64,000 nucleotides of DNA from Mobula birostris (taxonomy: Eukaryota). Location of the stretch: positions 96,929,604 through 96,993,603 of the forward strand of contig NC_092383.1 in the NCBI RefSeq assembly GCF_030028105.1, given 5' to 3'. The notes beneath the pieces were generated by a model. That model saw only the letters and a program-made list of their open reading frames with translations, ran no database searches and was not told the origin of the DNA. The position numbers and the translations under genes were made by a program. Shown here in pieces: positions 46,624-59,804 of the stretch (the first letter of the stretch is position 1; every line of letters starts with the position of its first letter).

Positions 46624-46944
46624 CTGGGACTGGGGCTCCCCCTACCACTGTGACCGGAGCTCAGGGACACTCAGTCTCCTTACCTTCTGGGATCCCAGTC
46701 AGACCGGATGGTGAGGTTCATTGGATTCGGGTATCGCCCAGAAACATGATTGTGAGGTACTCAAATGGGAACATCAGCTACTTCAGTAAAGAGCACTACA
46801 AGAACAGGATAACCTTTCATCCTGGGAATGCCGGTCTGGAAATCCATGATCTACGGAGAGAGGACTCTGGTGATTATGAGGTGATTTGTACAGCAGCAAG
46901 TTCAGGAAATGAATATAAAACAACAGTGCGACTGGAGGTGTATG
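46624..46944 (+). CDS. CD2/SLAM-family receptor B, exon: IgV domain
   Basis: Same splice sites and length as in A, open frame, 13 aa differences from A. Confidence 0.9.
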
Positions 46945-48231
46945 GTGAGTGAGACCGGTCCCTGAAACACCCCTAATGGATGGGTGAGGGCAGATCCTGT
47001 GTGTTTCCCTGTTTACTGAACCCTACTGACTACCCGTGTCCAGAGCTGGGCTCATGGTCCCAGTGTAGTGAGACTGAGTCAGTGACACACGCCACATCCA
47101 CCGAGACTGAGACAGGAGCCGGAAGGGATTGAACCAACATTGGGGAATCTCATGTATCTGAGACGGAGGGAGCTCAGCACACAGGGAGAATGGACCTGGT
47201 GTGAATGGCCTGAACAGTCTGTATTTGTGGGTCACAGTTACACACTGTATCTCCAGTCAGAGGCCTGGTCTGTCATGCTCGGGGATCCCAGTTATCCAGT
47301 CTGTTTCCCAGGACACTGCTTGTTAATTGTCCAGACTGAGGTCTGAGCTCAGCAAGGTGTTTATTCCTCAGTCTTCGTGCTGTGCTGTGCTGAGTGAGAC
47401 CCTGTGTATTCATTACACTGAATATAGTGTCCCAGTGAGTGACACAGTACACGGACACAACAGCACACTCACACACAGCAATATGGTTCCTGACTCACTC
47501 AAACAGTAATATCACATTCACAATAATCTCACTCAGCAGCGTCTGTCTGAGAAACCTTCTCTGCTTTGTTAGGGTGCATTGTGTAGTTAAGGAATATACA
47601 AATATTAATCTCACCACAACCCATCTTCAGACATGAAGGTGGATTGTAGATTGAATTTAAAATGCAGCTCTGAACAGTAGTGGACTGGAGTTGATTGCAA
47701 TCCAGACAATCCTGATAAACATTCATTTTGTGCGTCTGGAGTGTGGGTGTGAACGACAAGGTAGGTAAAAAATCTATGGAGGACCAAGGAAGCATTGTTG
47801 GTACATTGTAACAGTACAATTATCCTGCATTTACTTTTGACCTTTAGCATCTCAAAGTATTATGTAATATTGAATCGGGAGGCCGTTTCTTCCAAGATTG
47901 TCTCAATATGATGCCTGTTTTTGGTGAATCACACATTTCTATATCCAACAGCTTTGGTGTCTCTCCGGTGACTTCACGTTACAACATCTACATCCCAGTG
48001 TTAATGTTCACCATTTGAAGGAGGAGAACATCAGAAGATGAGAAATAGCAGACAGAATACAGAAAATCATGAACATGGGTTGGAGACAGAGACCTCCTCT
48101 GGGATTGAGTAGAGGAAGAAAGGGATTGACGTTTACAAAATTGAGGGATATTGATAATATAATTGCAAGTAGGCTTTTTCCTCTGAGGTTGGGTCAGAGT
48201 AGAATTAGAGGTCATGGGTTAAGGGTGAAAG

Positions 48232-51200
48232 GACACACAAAAAGACAGTTCAATTGGCGGTACTGGGAGTACCCTCACCTCTACGGACACCTCCTGGCAT
48301 CACGACAGGTAGAGCTGGGTGCTGACGTCAAAAGTCCCTGAGGAGAGAGAGGTCCAGGATGTTACGGGTGGGGACCCAGCACCTCTCCTCAGGACTGTAG
48401 CCCTCCCAGTCCACAAGTACTGGAGGCCTGCGACGAACATCCAGCTTTCGACGCACCGTGAAGGCCTCTGACCCATCGATGAGCTGCTGGGGAGGGGTGT
48501 TTTAGGGTCAGGACACAGGGGGTGGCTCATGAAAGGCTGGATGCAGGACACACCGAAGGTGGGATGAATGCAGTGGAGAGTGGAGGGGACTTTGAGACGG
48601 ACGGCGGCAGGGCTGATGACTTCAGCAATGGGAAAGGGGCCATTGAAGTGAGGGGTGAGCTTGCAGGAATTTACCTTGAGGGGCAGGTCTCGGGTTGAAA
48701 GCCACACACACAGCCCATCCTGGTAACGTGGGGCCTTGCAGCGATGGCGGTCAGCTTGACGCTTGATCCTAGCAGAGGCACGGAGAAGGGCAGAGTGAGT
48801 GTGCCTCCATGTTCACTGATAACAGCGGATGAATGCCTCGGCAGATGGAACGCCAACCTCCTCCTCCTGGGCAGGAAACAGTGGAGGTTGGTAGCCAAGG
48901 CAGCACTCGAAGGGGAACAGACCAGTGGAAGAGGACGGATGAGAGTTTATAGCGTACTCATCCCAGGGTAGCTGCTGACTCCACGTGGAGGGTTTCTGGG
49001 AGGCCAAGGCACTGCAACACAGTCTCCAGCTGTTGGTTTGCCCACTCGGTCTGGCCGTTGGTCTGTGGGTGGAATCCATACAAACCGCCGACTGATGAAG
49101 GCCTGAGTACGCTTGGTTCCAGGGTGACAGGATAACTGGGAACAATGACCCCACTGCAATACCTGTGAGCGGACAGAGCTGGGAACATCAACACGATTAG
49201 TGGGGCATTGACTAGGGCCTGCCTTGATCTGTTGAGCAACTTACACAATGGATTCAATGTCCCTTTGCACTGCACCCATGAGACAGTGAGCAGGGAGAAT
49301 GACATCGGGGACCTCACGGGTCTTAGTGGAGGGAAATCTTCAGGAGAGGGTATCAGGTTTTCCATTCTTGGAATCGAGGCGGTAGGACAGAGTAAAATTG
49401 AATCTTGAGAAAAACCGGAACCAATGAGTTTAACGGCATGTCCCTGAGAATATCATTTACCAGGGCTTGGAAGACGGCCAGGGCATTGGTGAGACCGAAT
49501 GGCATAACCAGATACTCGTAATGGCCTGAGGTGGTGTTGAAGGCTCTCTTCCACTTGTCCACTTTGTGCATGCGGACAAGATGGTCGGCGTTACGGAGAT
49601 CAAGCTTGGTGAAAACTGAGTCTCCTTGCAGTAGTTCAAACACCGAGGTCATGAGTGGAAGAGGGAAACGGTTCTTAACAGTGACTTCATTCAGTCCCCG
49701 GTAATCAATGCATGGACGCAAGGAGCCGTCCTTCTTTTCAAGAAAGAGCAAACCGGCACCAGCAGGGGAGGAAGACGGCTGGATGATGCCTGCAGCCAGA
49801 GACTGTTGAATGTACTTATTCATGGCTTCTGTTTCAGGTACAGACAGGGAATACAGGCTCCCCTTGGGGAAGATGTGCCAGGCAAGGGGTCAGTGGCACA
49901 ATCATATGGACGATGAGGCGGCAGGGAAGTGCCCGGGACTTGCTGAACACAGCCTTGAGGAGGGATGGCACGAAGGTCGGGAATTCCTCGAGGGGGATCT
50001 GGGCTTGGAGACAAGGGGATCTGAACATGGCGGAGGCAGTGGGAGTGACAGAATGGGCTCCAGACTACAAACTTATGACTGACCCAGTCAATGTGGGGGT
50101 TGTGTTTAACTAACCAGGGATGTCCAGGACAATAGGAATTTGAGTCGTCAATAACATAAAGGGTTAACTGTTCATGATCATTTCCGGATAAACTGAGACT
50201 CACTGGGGCCGTGACATGGGTGATGTCAGCCAGTCTCTGACCTTTCAAGGCATTGTCCATCAATGGTGACTGGAGAGCAGATGTGGATAATCCCCACTGG
50301 GCAGCCAACCCAGAATCGATAAAACACCCCTCCACACCAGAATTGACCAAGACGGAGACTGCTCGCCGTTGGGCGTCCCACTCCAGAGAAGCAGGTATGA
50401 GAGTGAGTGGCATCAAGGAGGGCCAGACAGGGGTCACGTTCACCAATACTCCTCGTCCTACGGGTGAGCACTTGGCTTTTACTGGACAGGTGGAGATGAA
50501 ATGTCCTGCTGGGTCACAGTACAGACAGGAACGGGTGCTGATTTTCCTTTGTCTTTCAGTCGGCCTCAGGCGGGTACAGTCAACATGCAGAGCCTCGGGC
50601 TCTGGAACGGGAATTGTAGATGAGGTCAAACAGCAGGGCAACGTAGACTGACGAGGAGCTTGGAACCCCTCGCTCTGCAGCGCTGCTGAAATCAAACATC
50701 AATACGAATGGCCAGATTTGCCAGGGCTTCAAAGGTGGCAGGAAGCTCCTGGGTGACCAACTCATCTTTGATGTCTTCGGAGAGGCCGTTCAGGAAGGTG
50801 TCGTACTGTGCCTCCGAGTTCCAGCCACTGGAGGTGGAACTCTACGGCGTAATCTGACACAGATCTGCACCCCTGATGCATGTGCAGCATTTCATGGGCA
50901 GTGTCTCTCCCATATTTGGAGTAATCAAACACTTTTCTCATCTCCTCAGAAAATAACTGAAAACTATAGCAGAAAGGGGAGCCTGCCTCCCAGACAGCTG
51001 TTCCCCATTCTCTCGCCCGACCAGACAGTTGGGTGATGATGTAGGCTACCTTGGCTCGATCAGTCAGAAATGTTGTTGGTTGTAACTCAAAAACGTGGGT
51101 GCACTGGGAAAGAAAAGAGCGGCAGGTACCGGGCTCATCTGAGTACCTTTCTGGAGGAGGCAGTCAGGGCTTTTGGACAGGAGGAGCACGCGGGAACACA

Positions 51201-51942
51201 GAGGGTGGGGTAGAAGATACAGTGACAGAATGTTGATGGATGCTCTGGGGCAGCTGGAGTGACTGAGTCTGGGCCACAAGAGGGGCTACATCAGCAGAAA
51301 CCGACTCCGCTGCCCTGAACACCGACTCCAGCTGGTTCTGGGGTCTCACCAGCATCACTCCCAGTTGTTCCAGGGCAGCTCTCAGACAACCAGGGTCTGT
51401 TGGTTCCATTCTGACCAGATTGTACTGTCGAGACACTGGAGCAGGGATCCAATCACAGACCCAGTACTGTGCACACAGTGATATTATTGAGTTACAAATC
51501 CCAAGGAGCAAACAAGGTCAGTGTCAAAGTTCATGCATTGATCAAAAGTTCCAGAGAAATCCAAAAACCAGAATCAGCAAACAGGCAGAGTTGATATTCA
51601 GACAGACAGAGTACAGATACAAATGCTGGAAAGGCTCAGGAAAATTCATTGGCACAATCCAGCAACAAACAGGTGAAAACACAGGACTGAAATACACTGA
51701 GCAATAAACAGAGAGGCAGATGATAGGTTAGCACAATGAGACACAGGGGGCAGCAATACAGGTAATAATGAGAAACAGGTGAGGGACGGAGTACTGAGTA
51801 ATACAGGGGCTGGAGTAGCACAGGAGCGGGGACAGGAACACATGGGGCATGAAAACAAACAAGAGCACATGGCAATACAAAACCACAGACTGACGGCTAG
51901 TGGGAAAGACACAAAAAGACAGTTCAACTGGAGGTACTAACA
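48232..51942 (-). mobile_element. Degenerate chromovirus (sushi-like Gypsy) in intron of gene B
   Basis: gag [41 protein letters not shown], integrase HPQTNGQTE and chromodomain [17 protein letters not shown]. The 5' LTR is at about 51426-51942. Only about 35 bp of the 3' LTR remain at 48232-48268. Confidence 0.88.
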
Positions 51943-53295
51943 GAATCAGACAGTAGTCAAAGAAACCCTTCAGCCAGTGAAACTGTTCTGAACATCAGCT
52001 CTATAAAAGGAGAGAGAGCCTCACGTACTGCATCAGATGCAGCTGGAGACGGGCCCTCGTCCATTCAATGACCTCCACTGGAGCAATGTCAGAAATCAGA
52101 ATCAGTGTGTGTCAGAGTGGGAGCAGGATGGAGAATCAAAGTGACAGCAACTAGAACTTCTGAGTCACAATTGACAAATGGAATTTAATGCAGACGAGTA
52201 CAAGCTCTTGACCTTTGGGAACTAAACCGGGGTGGGACTTAAATGAGGAGCAATTGGGCACTGAAGAGTGTAGTAGAGTAGAGAGATCTGGGAATGGAAA
52301 ACCATAATTTCTTGAAAGTGGTGTCACAGGTAGATAGGGTCATCATAAAAAAGCTTCATAAATCAACGTATTGAGTATAGGAGTTGGATGTTATGTTGAA
52401 ATTGTACAAGACCTTGGAGAGGCCTAATTTGGAGTATTTGTGCAATTCGGGTCACCTACATACGGGAAAAGTATCAATAAGATTGAAAGAGTACAGAGTA
52501 TCAGGGCTTGAGGACCAGAGTTACAGGGGAAGATGGGGGAATTTCTTCACTCAGATGGTGGAACAAGGTGCAGGTGGAAGTGTTGGAACTAGGTTTGATT
52601 TCAATGTCCAACAGAAATTTGGATAAGTATTGGGAGGGATGTGGAAGGCGATGACCAGTTGTGTATCAATGGGACTAGGAATGGACTAGATGGACTGAAG
52701 GGTTTGTTTTTGCACTGCAATGCTCTATGTTTCAATGGAGTCTCATTGAAAGGGCCAGGAAGCATAAATGTTGATGCACTGAAGGTGGAGACCAGTGGGG
52801 TCGAAGGAACCGTATTGGTGCTTTTGGTCGGAGAGGGTGTGAGAACAGAGATGAAAGAAATGACACAGACTCAAGCCTTCATCATAATCTGGGCAGGCAG
52901 AGTGGAGATGGAGAGACTGACAGAGTAGACTGGGCTGTGTCTTGTATTGGACCAGATTCAGGGCAGGTTGGGGCTGGGGCTCACTCAGGTTTCAAAGTGA
53001 TGCTGGGACCACACACAGGAGTAACTAACGACATGGAAATGGAGAGAATTCCTGGAATAGAGAGCTATAAAGAGGACATGGAGGAGAGTTTGTCAATGAG
53101 TGTGGGTAGTGCACGTGGGAACTTCCTCCAGCAGCAAGTGACTGGTGAGGGAAGGGTTAAACCGTTGGGTAAAATTGAGGTGGGATTGGCTTGAAGTTCA
53201 CTCTGGAGTGTTGGGGATGGGATGGGGGAGTTGGGGATCGAGGTGTCCACAAGGATCTTCATTATTCATCTTTCATCTCTCCCTCACACCCTCAG

Positions 53296-53577
53296 AGCCC
53301 GTGTCAGGAGCAAACATCACAGTTCAGAACATCACTGGGACTTGTAACCTCACCCTGACCTGCTCCGTGACCTCTGGCAACCCCACCAGATTCAGTTGGA
53401 AGAGAGAAGTTACAGGAGACAACAGCAGCCATCATATCTGGAAAGACGGAAAGATGATGCAGGTTGATTGCACAGCAGAGATGGAGGATGTTGTGTACAG
53501 GTGTGAGGCCAGAAACCCCATCAGTGAGGACACCGCACAGGTCCGGCTGGGGGACATCTGTAATCTGGACACACGTC
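53296..53577 (+). CDS. Receptor B, exon: IgC2 domain
   Basis: Same splice sites as A, 282 nt, open, 5 aa differences from A. Confidence 0.9.
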
Positions 53578-53979
53578 GTGAGTGTCAGAGGATGAAGTTG
53601 GGATTTAGTTATCTCCCCGTCCCAGGAGTGTGAGATGGGGCAGCACAGAGGCGCTTCAGTTTGTATCTATTCAGCACTCTGACACTGTTTGAGAAGGTAC
53701 TGTAGAGAACCATTTACTTTATCGGCAACCTTCATTTTTTGTATTTTATACTCAGGCCTCTGCTCATATTTGTCAGCACAGACTGGGTGAGGAACTGCAG
53801 TACATTTTGCAGAAGGTCCACACTGAATCAACCGTGCACTGTTGCTGGAGGGAGGGAGTGATTAGATTGGAGGGAAGGATTATTTCGGGTGGCTGAGGCA
53901 TCGAGTGGTCAGGGAGGTGGAGGCTGAGCTTGAGGAGACTGTTTACTCATTAGGAAATATTTTCTCCTCTGCATTATAG

Positions 53980-54129
53980 CACCTAACACAACAGCAGCAG
54001 GAGATGCAGTGACCCTGGTGATCGTACTGTCAGTGGTGGAGACCCTCCTGATCTTTGCTCTCACTGTGATCCTCACGGTCACACGGAGGAGAAGACCTGA
54101 AGGAAGGGAAGTAACTTCAGGGACTGAAG
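53980..54129 (+). CDS. Receptor B, exon: stalk + transmembrane (with Glu) + juxtamembrane; GC donor
   Basis: Acceptor ttatag, 150 nt. VTLVIVLSVVETLLIFALTVILTVTRRRR. The donor is AAG|GCAAGT where A has AAG|GTAAGT. Confidence 0.82.
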
Positions 54130-54287
54130 GCAAGTGGATCTGACACCTTGTCGTTGAGTCTGGTATTTAGGGGAGGGAGAGAGAGGGGTTGGGCAGGGAG
54201 GTGACAACAGGGGTGGGAGAGAGGGCTCAGATAAAGTGGGGAATAATGTTAGTACAGACCCTGTCACCTCTCCTTTCTGTCCCACAG

Positions 54288-54376
54288 ACCAATCGGAGAC
54301 GGACATCATTTACACAGATCTTCAGTGGATGCAGAAGAATCGCAGTGTCTGGCAGCCCCCCAAGGGGAATGACAGG
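54288..54376 (+). CDS. Receptor B, cytoplasmic exon 1 with ITIM (IIYTDL, 54305-54322)
   Basis: 89 nt, same splice sites as A. Confidence 0.75.
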
Positions 54377-55393
54377 GTAATGACAGACACGTTACCCCTG
54401 GGAAGAGGCCACTCTGGGTCACTCACCCTCCTCGGGGCAGACTGAACATAAGGCCTACATGTAATCTGCACAATCCCACGATCAACCACAGGTCCCCGTC
54501 ACCGGAGATCGTTCCAACCACCACTGCGGAACTCAGCAGCGCACACACGGAGGCACAGCAAGATCCCACATACCACTGAGGAGTCAATTGAAACTTTGCC
54601 TCAGTGATCTCCAGGCCTGGATTGTACACACCGCACAGTCACTGAGTGCACTGTCCCCACACACCCGGTCACTGGGATACCCTGTCCCCACACTCCCAGT
54701 CACTGGGTTACCCTGTCGCTGTACATGAGGTTATGCCCAGTAGTATGTGCATTTCTGATGATCAGTCGTGGTGTTAATATTTGTGTCGATGGGCAGTTAG
54801 TGAGTTCATTCCGAATGCACTGAGAGTGAGACCGTGTTGATGCTGGGTCAGTATGATTGTTTGTCAGTTGATTGGTGCTGACTGGGTGATCTGAGTTTCC
54901 ATCATTGTGTGTCGCTTTGCATGTCCAGGTCTTTTGTGTCCATGTGTCACGTGTCGATGTGCCCAGTCTCCATGTCTCCCCTCTCCATGGTCCTTGTTTC
55001 TGTATCCAGTCTCCATGTCCTGTCACTAGATCCTGGTCTATATCTCCCTGTCTCTGTGTCTTGTCTCCCAGTCCTGGTCTGTATCTCCTTGCTTCTATGT
55101 CCTTGTCTAAATCTCCCTGCCTCTGTGTCCTCATCTGTATCTCCCTGTCCCAGGGTCCTGGCCTGTATCTGCCTATCTCGATGTCCTGTCTACGGCTCCC
55201 AGTCTGTATCTCCTTGTTTCTGTGTGCTGTCTCCAGGTCCTGTCTCTGTGTTCTGGTCTCTATCTCCCTGAATGGGTCCTGGACTCTATTTCCCTGTCTG
55301 TGTTTCCCAGTCTCCAAGAATTCCTGACACAGTGTGTCCTGTCCCTGTTTCCCTTAAATCACCCAGAGCTGACAGGTTCTGTTTCTTTTGTAG

Positions 55394-55510
55394 TTTGCTG
55401 GTCCGGTGGTCGTTGCCGAGACTAATCCCACTGAGTATGCTGCAGTGATGCACCATGCCAGACCCCCCATGGATGGGCTGAGGACAGAACCCCCGGACAG
55501 TATCCTGTAG
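55394..55510 (+). CDS. Receptor B, last coding exon with ITSM (TEYAAV, 55430-55447)
   Basis: Acceptor tttcttttgtag. Phase 0 gives FAGPVVVAETNPTEYAAVMHHARPPMDGLRTEPPDSIL*. Confidence 0.7.
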   Translation, partial: FAGPVVVAETNPTEYAAVMHHARPPMDGLRTEPPDSIL

Positions 55511-56804
55511 CCTAGGATGCATCGTCCCTCCCTCGGCACTGGCAAAAGGAGGATACGGAATCTCTGGGAGATCTGCATGTGGAACGGTGGCTTGGAGATG
55601 CAGGTTTCCTCTGTGTCCCACTGTCGTGGTGAGGGGTGAGGTCTATGGGACAACAGCATGGCTGTTAGTTCAAAAATAGTCTCCAATTTTGTCTGGTGGA
55701 AGAGATTTTGTCAGAATGTGCCCTTCTGGATTATCACCTTGATTAATCCTACTCAAACAGTAGTCAATAATTAAATGAATGATGTGAGCCTGTGCACAGT
55801 TTCCAAATGCTCACGACTCTCCCATCTTGAGCGATCAACTGTCAAACACTGGTTCACACCGAGGGTACGGAATTATCACTGGGGAAAGATGGGGATCCAA
55901 GAGACTCTGTCAACCTTCTGCCAGAAATCAGGAAGGGAAGGAAGAGGGCGGAGGGGAGAAGATTTCAGGCTGGTATTGGATTTATGAGGAATGTTTATGA
56001 GGTGGGACTCAGTGGAGAACAGGGATTTAAGGGAGGGAGAAAAATGGAAAGGTTTAAGGAAGGAACAACACACACAAGGTGCTGGAAGAACTCAGCACAT
56101 CAGACAGCATCTCTGCAGGAGAATAATAGTCAACAATTCGGCTGCCTGCTGCCTGAACTGCTGAGTTCCTCCAGCATGGAGAGTGTGTTGACCAAGATTC
56201 CCAGTATATGGATGTGTCTCGGGTTTAAGGGAGAGGGAGTTGTTGGAAAGTGAGGAGAACGAGAGACAGGGATTTAATATAAATGATGCAGGGATACAGC
56301 ATAGACGGGGAGCGACAGTGTTGTGCAGGATCTGGGCCAGTGATCTCATACACCCACATGACCTTTCCAGCTCCCTACACCTCACTAGGATGTGGAAGGC
56401 ATGTCCAAAAGTTTAATCTCCTGGGATCCAAGGCAAGTTGGTACATTAAATACAAAGTGAGCTTGGTAATAGGAGGCAGAGAGTGATAGTGGACTGTTGC
56501 TTTTGTGATTGGAAGCCTATGGCCAGTTTCAACCAATAGGGGTTGTTGCTGGACCCTATCTGTGTGCGTTGGATGCGATGTTTCATTGATTCTATTGTGT
56601 TTCTTGGATTTACTGTGTGTGCCCTCAAGAGAATTAATCTCATGTTTGTATATGGTGACACATATGTACATTGATAATAAATTTACTTTGAATTTTGAAC
56701 GTACATTAATAATTTTCCATATGGATGTAGGAAAGATCCAAAGACCGTGATGGAGATCTACAATAGGGCAGGCAGAATAGACATGGAGGTTTGTAAATTT
56801 TTCA

Positions 56805-57385
56805 TAGAACCATAGAGAAATGGAAAACCTGCAACACAATACAGGCCCTTCAGCCCACAATGCTATGCCGAACATATCCTTACTTTAGAAATTATCTAGG
56901 GTTACCCATAGCCCTCTATTTTTCTGAGCTCCATGTACCTATCCAGGATCCTCTTAAAAGACCCTATCATATCCGCCTCCACCACCATCGCCGGCAGCCC
57001 ATTCCACGCACTCACCACTCTCTGCGTAAAAAACTTACCCCTGACATCTCCTCTGTACCTACTTCCAAGCACATTAAAACTGTGTCCTCTCGTGTTACCC
57101 ATTTTATCCCTGGTAAAAAGCCTTTGATTACTCACATGATCAATGCCTCTTATCATCTTATATACCTCTTTCAGGTCACCTCTCATCCTCCGTCACTCCA
57201 AGTAGAAAGGGCCAGGTTCACAAAACCTATTCTCATAAGGCATGCTCCCCAATCCAGGCAACATCCTTGTAAATCTCCTCTGCACCCTTTCTATAGTTTC
57301 CACATCCTTCCGGTAGTGAAGTGACCAGAACTGTGCCCAGTACTCCAAGTGGGGTCTGACCAGGGTCCTATATAGCTGTAACTTT
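56805..57385 (-). mobile_element. CR1 3' fragment
   Basis: MRGDLKEVYKMIRG..RGKFFTQRVVSAWN (ORF 56902..57186) and a catagaaccatag tail. Confidence 0.85.
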
Positions 57386-58216
57386 ACCTCTCGGGTGTGG
57401 GTTTGACTACAGGGAACATTCTCAGCCTACAATAACTTTGGCTCTCCACAGGGACACTTTAGCGTTGAGCAACCAGTGATGTAAGAGCCAAAACCAGCTC
57501 AGAACTTAAATTAACAACTGAATGACCTATTAGACTTTTCACATCAGACAAAATCTTCAACTCACTATGCAGAAAATAGAGCATCTTGCCATTAAAATAT
57601 TCATCCTCTATGTCTACAGATATGAACTGGCCATGGCCTGCCTTTCTAGGTACCCCTATTCTATCGGCCAGCGTGTATTCAGTCACATCACTGGTATCGC
57701 ATTGCACCTGACCTTAATCACTTTGGCATCCATAATAACACATCTCACACCAAAAACCACTGGCCTTGACAGACAATTAAGCAGCTTAATCAATCCTTAC
57801 ACAGCATTCATACAGCATTCCAATCCCAGAAGAACCCCCAAAAATGGAACCCCCTCACTGTGAGTTGTAACAAACTTGGCTGGTTAGCTAACTCTGGCTA
57901 GTAGTCACGTGACTCAGCTTTGCATGGGTAATGGTGAGAAAGCCACCCTCAATAAGTTTCATACGCCTAAGTTCGATATGATTTGGGTTCAGCAGATACC
58001 ACAACTTTGACACTCGCAGAAAAACTGCTAAAATTAAAATACATCACAGCATAGCAGTAGAAATATAATAAAATAGGGCCTTAGCCTGGACATTACACAG
58101 GTAAACATGTCGAGTGTGATTAGGTGTTGGATGGTCATCATGGATATGATGGGCTGAAAAGCCTGTTTCTGTGCGGTGTGTCTCTATGACTCCATCCTCC
58201 TTGACTTCTTTCACAA

Positions 58217-59804
58217 TGTTACACATCCCGTGAGCTTGATGTAATTACCTTGTGAGTATTATGTCATTATATCGTGATGGTCATGATTTAATGGTCTCAT
58301 GATAGCAGGGTGATGTGCTGTGACGTGATAGCATGCTCCAAACGGTATTTAAACAAAACCTGCCACTGTGACACAGTTCTCATTTTTATTTTTAGTGCGA
58401 CTTTGTTGTTGCCGGTCGGATATTTGTTGCACATTTATTTTTCCCTTACCATCCAGTATCAGGGAGTAAAGGCATTACCAGAGTTATCCAAATTCAAAGG
58501 ATTGGGTAAAGTTAATGTCGTTCAGCCTCTTGGGAATGATCGAACATTTTGAATATTTGTTCGGGAATTGTGGCATGCACATTTGAGTGAAACCCCTACA
58601 ACAGGAATTCTGCAGATGCTGGAAATTCAAGAAACACACATCAAAGTTGCTAGGACCCATACGGGTGCCCATAGCTACACCTTTAGTTTGGAGGAAGTCG
58701 GAGGAGCCAAAGAAGAAATTATTAAGAGAAAGGACTAATTCCGCTAGACGGAGCAGAGTGGTGGTAGAGGGGAACTGATTAGGTCTGGAATCCAAAAAAA
58801 AGCGGAGAGCTTTGAGAGCAGGATCTCCCAGTGGCCACACATTTTAATTCCACATCCCATTCCCATTCTGACATGTCTATCCACGGCCTCCTCTACCGTA
58901 AAGATGAAGCCACAGTCACGATGGAGGAACAAAACCTTATATTCCGTCTGGGTAGCCTCCAACCTGATGGCATGAACATTGACTTCTCTAACTTCCGCTA
59001 ATGCCCCACCTCCCCCTCGTACCCCATCCATTATTTATTTTTATACACACATTCTTTTTCTCTCTCTCCTTTTTCTCCCTCTGTCCCTCTGACTATACCC
59101 CTTGCCCATCCTCTGGTTCCCCCCCCTTGTCTTTCTCCCCGGGCCTCCTGTCCCATGATCCTCTCATCTCCGCTTTGCCAATCACCTGACCAGCTCTTGG
59201 CTCCATCCCTCCCCCTCCTGTCTTCTCCTATCATTTTGGATATCCCCCTCCCCCTCCCACTTTCAAATCTCTTACTAGCTCTTCTTTCAGTTAGTCCTGA
59301 CAAAGGGTCTCAGCCCGAAACGTCGACTGTACCTCTGCCTAGAGATGCTGCCTGGCCTGCTGCGTTCACCAGCAACTTTGATGTGTGTTGCTTGACTGAA
59401 ACCCCTGCAAGGTTCGGAAGGTTTGTGCAGTGACCACCCTCCAGTCAAAAGGTCAGTTCCTTTATTTCTTCGTAATTTCTTCGGACAAGGCATCTCTCGT
59501 CTATGATCGGCAGATTCGTCATTACTTTGAAGGGATTGTTGTTTTGCGGAAATCTCTCCTTAATGACTGTATAAATCACATGGACTTTTGAATTTACCAC
59601 TTTAAGTCTGTGCTTGGTTGAGAACTCGTTAAGAATAGTTTATAAGTTTGATTGTTTGTTTGATACAGTCGCCTAACTGATAACTTCCGGTTAAGTTAGT
59701 CGTCCATTTACTTTTCGATGTTTTGAGCATAGGTTAATAAATGTCGTTGTTTATTTTGTGAAAACTCGACTCAGATTCATCTCCATTGCTGCTGGTTCAT
59801 AACA
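58217..59804 (+). mobile_element. Solo LTR interrupted by Penelope fragment
   Basis: TGTTA...TAACA termini, 4-bp TSD acaa at 58213-58216 and 59805-59808, and AATAAA near the 3' end. Confidence 0.65.
58602..59396. mobile_element. Rearranged Penelope fragment (inverted RT piece + GIY-YIG end + terminal repeat)
   Basis: The minus-strand piece has FLQTKGVAMGTRMGP, joined to a plus-strand 3' end. The TSD tgaaacccct(a/g)caa lies at 58588-58601 and 59397-59410. Confidence 0.8.

Larger units (their letters stand above)
33980..55780 (+). repeat. Segmental duplication unit B (contains receptor gene B)
   Basis: Collinear with 7928-21950. It is expanded by L1, Gypsy and chromovirus insertions. Confidence 0.9.

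Noticed and set aside
57459-57863. Short ORFs on both strands
   Set aside because: There are no recognisable motifs or exon boundaries.
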